A stretch of DNA of 34,050 bases from Eubacteriales bacterium (lineage in GTDB: Bacteria; Bacillota; Clostridia; Oscillospirales; CAG-272). The stretch's first letter is position 1. Every line of letters starts with the position of its first letter. The position numbers and the translations under genes are program-made. A model generated the notes under the pieces. It saw nothing but the letters and a program-made list of their open reading frames with translations. It did no database searches and was not told the DNA's origin. The stretch spans positions 1 to 34,050 of the forward strand of contig JAZSNX010000088.1 in assembly GCA_045536665.1 (NCBI GenBank). Reading direction: 5' to 3'. This document shows, in pieces, positions 27,174 to 34,050 of this stretch.

Positions 27174-28658
27174 TTATTTGTGATAAAGCTTTTTTGTCGC
27201 ATACGTAGGCTCGGTCGTTAGATTCATACCAAGCTTTTTGTATATATTTTTATCAACGTTGGAAAGCATTACGCTAACGTGTGCCTGACAGCCTCTGAGC
27301 TTGTGGAGCTGCTCCATAGCAAGGGCCGCGACGGGGTTTGTCGTAGCGGATATTGCAAGTGCTATAAGCACCTCGTCTGAATGAAGTCTCGGGTTATTGT
27401 TTCCAAGATTTTCGACCTTAAGCTTTTGCAGGGGTTCAAGAACGACCACGGGTAGCAAAAGCATCGCGTCGTCAATACCGCCAAGACGCTTGAGCGCGTT
27501 CATGAGCGCCGAAGCCGCAGCACCCATAAGGTTAGATGTCTTTCCAGTGACGATAGCTCCGTCAGGCAGCTCTATTGCCGCAGCAGGCTCACCGGTTTCA
27601 TCAGCCTTATCAAGGGCGGGAGCAACGACCTTTCTGAAAGAAGTGTCAACTCCTACCTTGCTCATTATAAGCTCAGTCTTATATACCTCTTCGGCGTCTG
27701 CCGTACCTGTTCTTTTGCGACAAAGCGTGTCGTAGTATCTTCTTACTATCTCCATCTTTGAAGCGTCGCAAACGACCTCATCGTCGGTTATACAGTATCC
27801 CGCCATATTTACTCCCATATCAGTGGGAGACTTGTACGAGCACTCTCCGTATATCTGCTTGAATATAGCCTGAAGAACAGGGAATACCTCAATATCTCTA
27901 TTGTAGTTTACAGCGGTTATACCCGTTGCCTCAAGATGGAAGGGGTCGATCATATTAACGTCGTTGAGGTCAACGGTTGCCGCCTCATACGCCATATTTA
28001 CAGGGTGCTTGAGAGGAAGATTCCATATGGGGAATGTCTCGAACTTTGCGTATCCTGCCTTGATCCCTCTCTTATGGTCATGGTAAAGCTGAGAGAGACA
28101 GGTAGCCATCTTTCCGCTTCCTGGACCGGGAGCTGTTACTACAACGAGCGGCTTCTTTGTCTCGATATACTCATTCTTTCCGTATCCACTGTCGCTTACG
28201 ATCTTTCGAACGTTGGTAGGATAGCCTTCGATAGGATAGTGACGGCAGACCTTAACTCCGAGATTATTCAAGCGCTTGATAAAAGCGTCTACCGAGGCTT
28301 GATTTGCGTACTGCGTGATAACAACGCCACCGACGTCGATACCGATATCGTTAAACGCGTCTATAAGACGAAGCGTATCCATATCATACGTTATGCCGAG
28401 ATCACCGCGTATCTTATTTTGCTCGATTGAGGTTGCCGAAACAACGATAAGGACCTCAGCATCGTTCTTAAGATTAAGAAGCATTCTTATCTTACTGTCA
28501 GGCTGAAATCCGGGGAGTACTCTTGCGGCGTGATAGTCGTCGAAAAGCTTGCCTCCAAACTCAAGATAAAGCTTTCCGCCAAAGCTGGATATTCTTTCAA
28601 GTATTTTTCTGGATTGAAGCTCAATATATTTATTGTTGTCAAAACCCAAAGCGTTCAT
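27174..28658 (-). CDS. DUF1846/UPF0371 family protein (function unknown)
   Basis: The N-terminus FDNNKYIELQSRKILERI..GGKLYLEFGGKLFDDYHAARVLPGFQPDSK matches my recollection of the UPF0371 family, and the length is about 494 aa. I prefer the ATG at 28658 (GAGG 7 nt upstream) to the GTG at 28670. Confidence 0.8.
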   Translation of the reverse strand: MNALGFDNNKYIELQSRKILERISSFGGKLYLEFGGKLFDDYHAARVLPGFQPDSKIRMLLNLKNDAEVLIVVSATSIEQNKIRGDLGITYDMDTLRLIDAFNDIGIDVGGVVITQYANQASVDAFIKRLNNLGVKVCRHYPIEGYPTNVRKIVSDSGYGKNEYIETKKPLVVVTAPGPGSGKMATCLSQLYHDHKRGIKAGYAKFETFPIWNLPLKHPVNMAYEAATVDLNDVNMIDPFHLEATGITAVNYNRDIEVFPVLQAIFKQIYGECSYKSPTDMGVNMAGYCITDDEVVCDASKMEIVRRYYDTLCRKRTGTADAEEVYKTELIMSKVGVDTSFRKVVAPALDKADETGEPAAAIELPDGAIVTGKTSNLMGAAASALMNALKRLGGIDDAMLLLPVVVLEPLQKLKVENLGNNNPRLHSDEVLIALAISATTNPVAALAMEQLHKLRGCQAHVSVMLSNVDKNIYKKLGMNLTTEPTYATKKLYHK

Positions 28659-28690
28659 AACAAACCTCACAAAAAAATCATTACCTATAT

Positions 28691-28719
28691 ATTTTAATAC
28701 ATTTTGTGATTTTTTTCAA
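28691..28719 (-). promoter_or_regulatory. Sigma-A type promoter for the DUF1846 gene (TTGAAA, 17 nt spacer, TAAAAT)
   Basis: On the minus strand, TTGAAA is the complement of 28714-28719 and TAAAAT is the complement of 28691-28696. The spacer is 17 nt. Confidence 0.55.
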
Positions 28720-28863
28720 TAGCAAAATGTAAATTAAATGATTAATTTTAATAATACTTTTTTTACCGAGCGAAAAAGCGGCATAGATACTGTCAAAATT
28801 CCAATAAATGCATAATATATTAGGGAAGAGCAAACGCTCAAATTTTTAGAGGAGGATGATTAT

Positions 28864-29703
28864 ATGTCTGAAAACAGATACCCGTGCTCAGGCTCGGATA
28901 GGAATTTTTCCAAGGCTGAAACAGTCTGTATAGATACCAACAGAGTTCTGGATTCCTGCCGAGACAGAGATTGCTTTGAGGACGTAAAGGTGTTGCTCAC
29001 GGACTTCGGTAACGACATTATTGAGCATACGACAAGTATCAGAGCAAAGGATGCGCATATAGCGTGGACGCAGATATCCATAGAACCCATAAGATTTAAC
29101 AGAGGCTTTTATTCAGTAAATATCAAATTCTTTGTAAAAATATGCTTTGAGGCATGCCTTTGCGGCGGAAAGAGCCAATATTTTGACGGTATTACCGTGC
29201 TTGAGAAGAAGGTAATACTTTACGGCAGTGAGAGCAACGTAAGTGTATTTAAGAGTAGCACTGACTGCGCTGATTTCTGTGCTGATATTAAGCCCAGCGA
29301 CCCATGCAGAAACGTACCAACAGCCATTGTTGAGGTCGTTGATCCCATTATTCTTAATACAAGAGTAAGAGAGCCTGAGGATACTTGCTGCTGTTGCTGT
29401 TGCTGCTGCGGGGACATTCCTACGGGAATCACAGGAGATCTTGGCGGACAGCTTCGAGATAGCGACGGCAGATATCTGACCGTTTCTCTCGGACTTTTCT
29501 CGGTGGTTAGAATCGTGCGTCCCGCACAGTATCTCATTAACGCAACAGAATACTGTGTACCTGATAAGATTTGCATTTCTGCCGAGGAAGACGATCCTTG
29601 CTCGGTATTTCGTAATATGGCATTTCCCACAGCAGAGTTTTGTCCACCCGATTTTACGCCGCCTCATAACGATAAGGGCGGAAAATGCGGCTGCGGAAAC
29701 TAA
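28864..29703 (+). CDS. Cysteine-rich protein of unknown function (24 Cys in 279 aa, including a Cys8 run)
   Basis: Strong GGAGGA RBS (28851-28856) 7 nt before the ATG, and an intrinsic terminator directly after the stop. Cys motifs include CIDTNRVLDSCRDRDC, CFEACLC, CADFC, CCCCCCCC (29386-29409) and a C-terminal KCGCGN. Confidence 0.75.
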   Translation: MSENRYPCSGSDRNFSKAETVCIDTNRVLDSCRDRDCFEDVKVLLTDFGNDIIEHTTSIRAKDAHIAWTQISIEPIRFNRGFYSVNIKFFVKICFEACLCGGKSQYFDGITVLEKKVILYGSESNVSVFKSSTDCADFCADIKPSDPCRNVPTAIVEVVDPIILNTRVREPEDTCCCCCCCCGDIPTGITGDLGGQLRDSDGRYLTVSLGLFSVVRIVRPAQYLINATEYCVPDKICISAEEDDPCSVFRNMAFPTAEFCPPDFTPPHNDKGGKCGCGN

Positions 29704-29731
29704 AAAAAAACGGGCATAGCCCGTTTTTTTT
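29704..29731. terminator. Bidirectional intrinsic terminator
   Basis: CGGGC (29711-29715) pairs with GCCCG (29719-29723). The stem is extended by A7/T7 pairing and T- or A-tracts on both strands. Confidence 0.85.
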
Positions 29732-29732
29732 A

Positions 29733-30527
29733 TTAGAATGTCTCAACAGATTTACGCAAAAAAGCTTGTGTGAGAGGAGACTTAGGATCGTCAAACACAT
29801 CCTTAGGAGTGCCATATTCCTCGATAACTCCGTTTGCCATAAATATGACCTCATCGGAGACATTTTTTGCGAATTCCATTTCGTGCGTTACGACTATCAT
29901 AGTACAATCAGTGGACTTAAGGTCCTTTATTACGCGAAGTACCTCGCCCGTAAGCTCAGGATCAAGAGCCGAGGTGGGCTCGTCGAAGCAGAGAATATCA
30001 GGGGAGAGCGCAAGTGCGCGAGCTATCGCGACACGCTGTTGCTGACCGCCTGAAAGCTGACAGGGATAGAAATCCGCCTTGTCGCTGAGCCCAACCTTTT
30101 TCAGAAGCTCATCGGCATGCGTATCTATGTCCTTCAAACGCTTTGCAAGCTCATTCTTTGCAAGCTTTTCGTCCTTCAAGCGTAATGTGGGAGCAAGTGT
30201 TATGTTTTGCTTTGCGGTGTACTGAGGGAAGAGATTAAAGGATTGAAAAACCAATCCGAAATGCAATCTTCCGTTGCGTATCTCGTTGTCGCCATAAGCC
30301 TTTGTTTTGTATTTTTCGGCGTCGAAAATGGTTTCTCCGTTGATAGTAATAGTACCTGTATCGGGGGTCTCCAAAAAGTTCAGGCAACGCAACAGGGTAG
30401 TCTTTCCACTTCCTGACGAGCCTATTATGGAAAGGACCTTTCCTTTTTCAAGGGTGAAATCAATGCCCTTGAGCACCTCGGTCTTCCCGAAGTTTTTTGT
30501 TATGTTCGTTACTTCAAAAAACGCCAT
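29733..30527 (-). CDS. Amino acid ABC transporter ATP-binding protein (GlnQ/PAAT type)
   Basis: Walker [10 protein letters not shown], signature [15 protein letters not shown], Walker [13 protein letters not shown], and an H-loop VTHEM. ATG at 30527 ([14 protein letters not shown]) lies 1 nt downstream of the permease stop. Confidence 0.93.
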   Translation of the reverse strand: MAFFEVTNITKNFGKTEVLKGIDFTLEKGKVLSIIGSSGSGKTTLLRCLNFLETPDTGTITINGETIFDAEKYKTKAYGDNEIRNGRLHFGLVFQSFNLFPQYTAKQNITLAPTLRLKDEKLAKNELAKRLKDIDTHADELLKKVGLSDKADFYPCQLSGGQQQRVAIARALALSPDILCFDEPTSALDPELTGEVLRVIKDLKSTDCTMIVVTHEMEFAKNVSDEVIFMANGVIEEYGTPKDVFDDPKSPLTQAFLRKSVETF

Positions 30528-30528
30528 C

Positions 30529-31185
30529 TTACACCTTAAAATAATCAAGTTTTTTCTCGAGCTTTCCGAGAACAACGGTCAATAGTCCATTGAACAGGAG
30601 ATAGAATACTCCCGCATAGAATATCGGCCAAATAATTACGTGCGTGTTCACGATACCCTTAGCGACGGTAAACAGGTCTATACGAATTACTACACTCGCA
30701 AGCGCAGTATCCTTGACGAGCGTAATTATCTCGTTAGACATAGGCGCGATTATTCTTTTTATGACCTGCAAAAAAATTACCTTTGAAAAGGTTTGAGATC
30801 TTGTCATGCCGAGAACGCTTGCGGCTTCGTACTGTCCCTGAGGAACGCTTTGGATACCGCCGCGGTAGATCTCTGAAAAATAACACGCATAGTTTATGGT
30901 GAACGCAACGCATACCATAGTCATATGCTGCCATTCGGATCGGATAGGAAGATTGAATAACAGTCCCGGTCCAAGATCAAAAAATATGATCTGGAGCATT
31001 AGAGGAGTTCCTCTGATGACCCACACGAAAGCGCGGGTTATCATACTGATAGGCTTGATTCTGGATTTAGAGCCGAAGCATATCAAGAGACCCAAGGGAA
31101 GCGCACAGATAAGCGTGATCCCAAATATGAGGAAGGTATAAAAGAACCCCTCTAAAAGCTCTAAAGAAATCTGTAAAAAGCTCAT
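30529..31185 (-). CDS. Amino acid ABC transporter permease (His/Glu/Gln/Arg/opine family)
   Basis: 218 aa with 5 TM segments. An EAA-like loop ([22 protein letters not shown]) is typical of polar amino acid permeases. Confidence 0.9.
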   Translation of the reverse strand: MSFLQISLELLEGFFYTFLIFGITLICALPLGLLICFGSKSRIKPISMITRAFVWVIRGTPLMLQIIFFDLGPGLLFNLPIRSEWQHMTMVCVAFTINYACYFSEIYRGGIQSVPQGQYEAASVLGMTRSQTFSKVIFLQVIKRIIAPMSNEIITLVKDTALASVVIRIDLFTVAKGIVNTHVIIWPIFYAGVFYLLFNGLLTVVLGKLEKKLDYFKV

Positions 31186-31188
31186 TTA

Positions 31189-32034
31189 TCAGTTTTCTTC
31201 TTTTGCGATGATTACGCAAGACTCACCTGCGGAGCCTGCCTCTGCGGCAACGATGGCTTTGGACATGCTCTCCTTCGTGGTATACTTGTCCTTGTCTGCG
31301 ATACGGATAACTGCCACCTGCTTGTTGTTGAGGTAGGGAATGGATATTTCCATATTAGCGAGTCTTTCCTCAGTAATGGTCATACCGTTCCAAATGCAGT
31401 CGATGCTCTTGCCGGAAAGAAGTGCTTCCTTGCTATTCCAGTCTATCTCCTTGAACTCAACAGTGAGGTCAAGCTTATCGGCAACTGCCTTTGCAAGCTC
31501 AATGTCAAAACCGATGAGCTCACCGTTTTCCTCATAAGCGATAGGAGCAAAGATGGTGTAGCCAACGATGAACTTATCCTGAGCAACTATGTAATCCCAA
31601 TCCTGCTTTTCAGCATCTGTAAGCTCGGCAACAGTTGCGTTCTTGTCGATGCAAAGCTCAGACTTGATTCCGTACTTATCAGCAAGTGTGTCAACGATCC
31701 CCTCTTTAGCAAGCTCGATAAGAGCGGAGTTGATCTTCTTTATAAGGCCGCTGCCTTTTCTTGCCGCGATACCGTACTGCTCAGTAGAGAGCTCAAGACC
31801 TTCAACTACCATAAGAGAGTTAGAATACTTTGTATCCTGATTCATATAGTAGCCTGCCATGATGCTGTCCATTACGCCAACGTCGATAGAGCCGGCGTTG
31901 AGCTGAAGAAGAACGTCCATCTGACCGTCGAGAGCACGGTATTCTTTACCGAACTGAAGCTCTTCCTTGCCACAAGAAGCAAAGACGAAAATGCACATAA
32001 TAAGTGCGAGTGTGAGAGAAATGATTTTTTTCAT
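31189..32034 (-). CDS. Amino acid ABC transporter substrate-binding lipoprotein (SBP family 3)
   Basis: Lipoprotein signal with lipobox FASC (MKKIISLTLALIMCIFVFASCGKE). The type 3 SBP pattern is present (GFDIELAKAVADKL, WNGMTITEER). The gene is adjacent to the permease and ATPase genes. Confidence 0.88.
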   Translation of the reverse strand: MKKIISLTLALIMCIFVFASCGKEELQFGKEYRALDGQMDVLLQLNAGSIDVGVMDSIMAGYYMNQDTKYSNSLMVVEGLELSTEQYGIAARKGSGLIKKINSALIELAKEGIVDTLADKYGIKSELCIDKNATVAELTDAEKQDWDYIVAQDKFIVGYTIFAPIAYEENGELIGFDIELAKAVADKLDLTVEFKEIDWNSKEALLSGKSIDCIWNGMTITEERLANMEISIPYLNNKQVAVIRIADKDKYTTKESMSKAIVAAEAGSAGESCVIIAKEEN

Positions 32035-32121
32035 GATGAAAACCTCCTTGCCGAGCGAGTCGGCATAATAATTTTGTTAGCAAAGCATCATTTTAACGCT
32101 TTACCTTGATAAAACATTAAT

Positions 32122-32150
32122 ATAATACCACATTTGCCCCTATTTGTCAA
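32122..32150 (-). promoter_or_regulatory. Sigma-A type promoter for the ABC operon (TTGACA, 17 nt spacer, TATTAT)
   Basis: On the minus strand, TTGACA is the complement of 32145-32150 and TATTAT is the complement of 32122-32127. The spacer is 17 nt. Confidence 0.65.
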
Positions 32151-32222
32151 GTCATTTTTCAAATATAATATAAATATTAGTTATTTGTCGAAATAATTTT
32201 AAAATTTTTACGTATTAAAGTA

Positions 32223-32251
32223 TTGAAATTTGCGCTCATTTGTTATATAAT
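32223..32251 (+). promoter_or_regulatory. Sigma-A type promoter for the phosphohexomutase gene (TTGAAA, 17 nt spacer, TATAAT)
   Basis: TTGAAA at 32223-32228 and TATAAT at 32246-32251 with a 17-nt spacer. The element lies 30 nt upstream of the ATG at 32282. Confidence 0.7.
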
Positions 32252-32281
32252 TATTGCATAAGATTTTATGGAGGGTACGTT

Positions 32282-33958
32282 ATGAATTATATGGATCTGT
32301 ATTACCACTGGTTGAACAGTGAAAACACCGATGAGGAGACCAAAGCTGAGCTTAAGACGATCGCTGATGATAAAGAGGAGATAGAAAGACGCTTCTATTG
32401 TGAGATGGAGTTTGGTACGGCAGGACTTCGCGGTGTCCTTGGCGCGGGTATCAACCGTATGAACAAGTATATCGTCAGAAAGACGACACAAGGCTATGCC
32501 GAGTATATCAAGAAGGCAGGCGCTGATGCCTGCAAGCGCGGAATAGTTATCGCACACGATAACCGTCGTTATAGCGTAGAGTTCTGCCGCGAAACAGCAG
32601 GCGTTCTCGCTAAAAACGGGATTCAGGCTTACATTTTCGATTCGCTTCGTCCCACTCCCGAGCTTTCCTACACGGTAAGACACCTCGGCGCGTTTGGCGG
32701 AGTTATGATAACGGCTTCACACAACCCTCCCGAATATAATGGTTACAAGCTTTACGATGAGCGCGGTTGTCAGCTTATCCCCGAACTTAACGACAAGGTG
32801 GTCGAGGAGATAGCAAAGATAGATGATCCTCTTTCTGTGAAGGCGCTTACTCTCGACGAGGCAGGTGACCTTATAAAGGTGCTTGGATCGGACGTTGATG
32901 AAAGCTACTATAAGGATATACTTTCGATATGCGTCAATCCCGACGTCAAAAAGGATATCAAGATAGTATATTCTCCTCAGCACGGTACGGGTAACGTTCC
33001 TGTAAGAACAGTTCTTGACAGACTTGGATATAACGTAATTCCCGTTGAGGAGCAGTGCGCTCCCGATACCGAGTTCAGCAACACGCCAAATCCCAATCCC
33101 GAAACTGACGATGCGTACATACTCGGTATGGAATATGCGAGAAAGTATGACGCGGATATAGTTATCACCACCGACCCCGACTGTGACAGACTTGGCGTTG
33201 CTGTTAAGCAGAACGGTGACTATGTCAGAATGACGGGCAACCAGTCCGCGGCTGTTCTCCTTGAGTACATTCTTTCCCAGAAGGCAAAGAAGGGAACGCT
33301 TCCCGCAAACGGCGTTATGTTCAATACTGTCGTTACGTCAGATCTTGGAGACAGGATCTGCGACAAGTACGGTATCAGCGTTGAAAAGACGCTTACGGGC
33401 TTTAAGTTTATTGGTGATAAGGTATATAAGCACGAGCTTGCGGGCGACAAGCAGTTTGTATTCGGTTACGAGGAGAGCTACGGCTGTCTCGTTGCCGACT
33501 TCGTAAGAGATAAGGACGCTGTTCAGGCATCACTTATGCTTTGTGAATCCGCTTCCTACTATCACGAGCAGGGCAAGACGCTTATAGACGTTCTTAATGA
33601 GCTTTACGCGGAGCACGGATACTTCCTTGACGCGCTTGACAACTTCGCGTTTAAGGGAATTGACGGCTCTGATAAGATATCCGCTCTTGTAAACGGACTT
33701 CGTAACGATCCCCCCATATCTGTCGGCGATGTAAAGGTAAAGATGCTCGAGGACTATAAGTCAAAGACCATGATAGACGCAGGCTTCCCGAGCTCTAACG
33801 TATTAAGATTTTTGCTTGAGGATGGAAGCTGGGTAGCAGTTCGTCCCAGCGGAACAGAGCCTAAATGTAAGTTCTATTTCAGCGTGGTCGCTGAAAATAA
33901 GGAAAAGGCAACCGAAAAGCTTGGCGTTATGCGTAAGGTCTTTGAGGCAGGCTGCTGA
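32282..33958 (+). CDS. pgcA: Alpha-D-phosphohexomutase (phosphoglucomutase/phosphomannomutase, PgcA-like)
   Basis: Phosphoserine loop TASHNPPEYNGYK, metal-binding loop TDPDCDRLG, sugar-binding loop GYEESYG, and phosphate-binding loop RPSGTEPKCKFY. ATG at 32282 with GGAGGG at 32270-32275. Confidence 0.92.
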   Translation: MNYMDLYYHWLNSENTDEETKAELKTIADDKEEIERRFYCEMEFGTAGLRGVLGAGINRMNKYIVRKTTQGYAEYIKKAGADACKRGIVIAHDNRRYSVEFCRETAGVLAKNGIQAYIFDSLRPTPELSYTVRHLGAFGGVMITASHNPPEYNGYKLYDERGCQLIPELNDKVVEEIAKIDDPLSVKALTLDEAGDLIKVLGSDVDESYYKDILSICVNPDVKKDIKIVYSPQHGTGNVPVRTVLDRLGYNVIPVEEQCAPDTEFSNTPNPNPETDDAYILGMEYARKYDADIVITTDPDCDRLGVAVKQNGDYVRMTGNQSAAVLLEYILSQKAKKGTLPANGVMFNTVVTSDLGDRICDKYGISVEKTLTGFKFIGDKVYKHELAGDKQFVFGYEESYGCLVADFVRDKDAVQASLMLCESASYYHEQGKTLIDVLNELYAEHGYFLDALDNFAFKGIDGSDKISALVNGLRNDPPISVGDVKVKMLEDYKSKTMIDAGFPSSNVLRFLLEDGSWVAVRPSGTEPKCKFYFSVVAENKEKATEKLGVMRKVFEAGC

Positions 33959-33969
33959 TATTTGTTTGT

Positions 33970-34002
33970 AAGACCGCATTCTTTTAGAGTGCGGTCTTTT
34001 TT
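33970..34002 (+). terminator. Intrinsic terminator after the phosphohexomutase gene
   Basis: AAGACCGCA (33970-33978) pairs with TGCGGTCTT (33990-33998). A T-tract follows. Confidence 0.85.
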
Positions 34003-34050
34003 ATTCAATGACATTTTGTGACACCTCGGCATAAGATATAATTAGAGACT

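Noticed and set aside
28811-28819. CATAATATA upstream of the Cys-rich gene as a mother-cell sigma factor (sigma-K or sigma-E type) -10 element
   Set aside because: The -10-like match is tempting given the spore-coat hypothesis. I could not find an appropriately spaced -35 element: no AC at a 16-17 nt spacer and no ATA-type -35. The promoter class therefore remains unsupported.
29113-29667. Minus-strand ORFs (184 aa and 136 aa, the latter with a poly-Gln run) opposite the Cys-rich gene
   Set aside because: The poly-Q is simply the reverse complement, in a shifted frame, of the (TGY)8 Cys tract. The RBS and terminator geometry support the + strand gene.
32035-32121. Possible T-box or riboswitch leader for the amino-acid ABC operon
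   Set aside because: The predicted 5' UTR is only about 80 nt and has one small hairpin (GCCGA-CTCGC-TCGGC) next to the RBS. That is far too short for a T-box, and I recognised no riboswitch core.

Overview
This window looks like a core chromosomal segment from a low-GC Firmicute, probably a spore-forming member of the Clostridia. That assignment is an inference from three things: the scr(SRP RNA)-dnaX-ybaB-recR synteny, a SpoVB-like flippase, and abundant TTGACA/TATAAT promoters with TGn extensions. About 27 real genes are tightly packed and bounded by clean intrinsic terminators. They are a spoVB-like flippase, guaB, an rlmB-like methyltransferase, a large acidic membrane protein, a TIGR03960 radical SAM gene with its TIGR03936 (DUF2344) partner, mnmA, trmL, secA, two unknown membrane proteins, a 63-aa orphan ORF, SRP RNA, dnaX, ybaB, recR, a D-Ala-D-Ala carboxypeptidase, pgi, a mini P-loop protein, topB, a membrane-anchored unknown protein, DUF1846, a cysteine-rich protein, a 3-gene amino-acid ABC importer and a pgcA-like phosphohexomutase. 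I found no CRISPR array, transposase, integrase, phage genes, toxin-antitoxin pair or recognisable defence system. Nothing here is a clear-cut new system. The most interesting candidates are: (1) a 1048-aa protein that by eye aligns to P1B-type ATPases but has lost the DKTGT, TGDN and GDGxNDxP motifs, carries a roughly 460-aa poly-acidic N-terminus, and appears translationally coupled to the function-unknown radical SAM/DUF2344 pair; (2) a 279-aa protein with 24 cysteines including an uninterrupted Cys8 run; (3) two paralogous-looking polytopic membrane proteins coupled to secA where Firmicutes usually carry prfB. All homology statements come from motif recognition by eye and need database confirmation.
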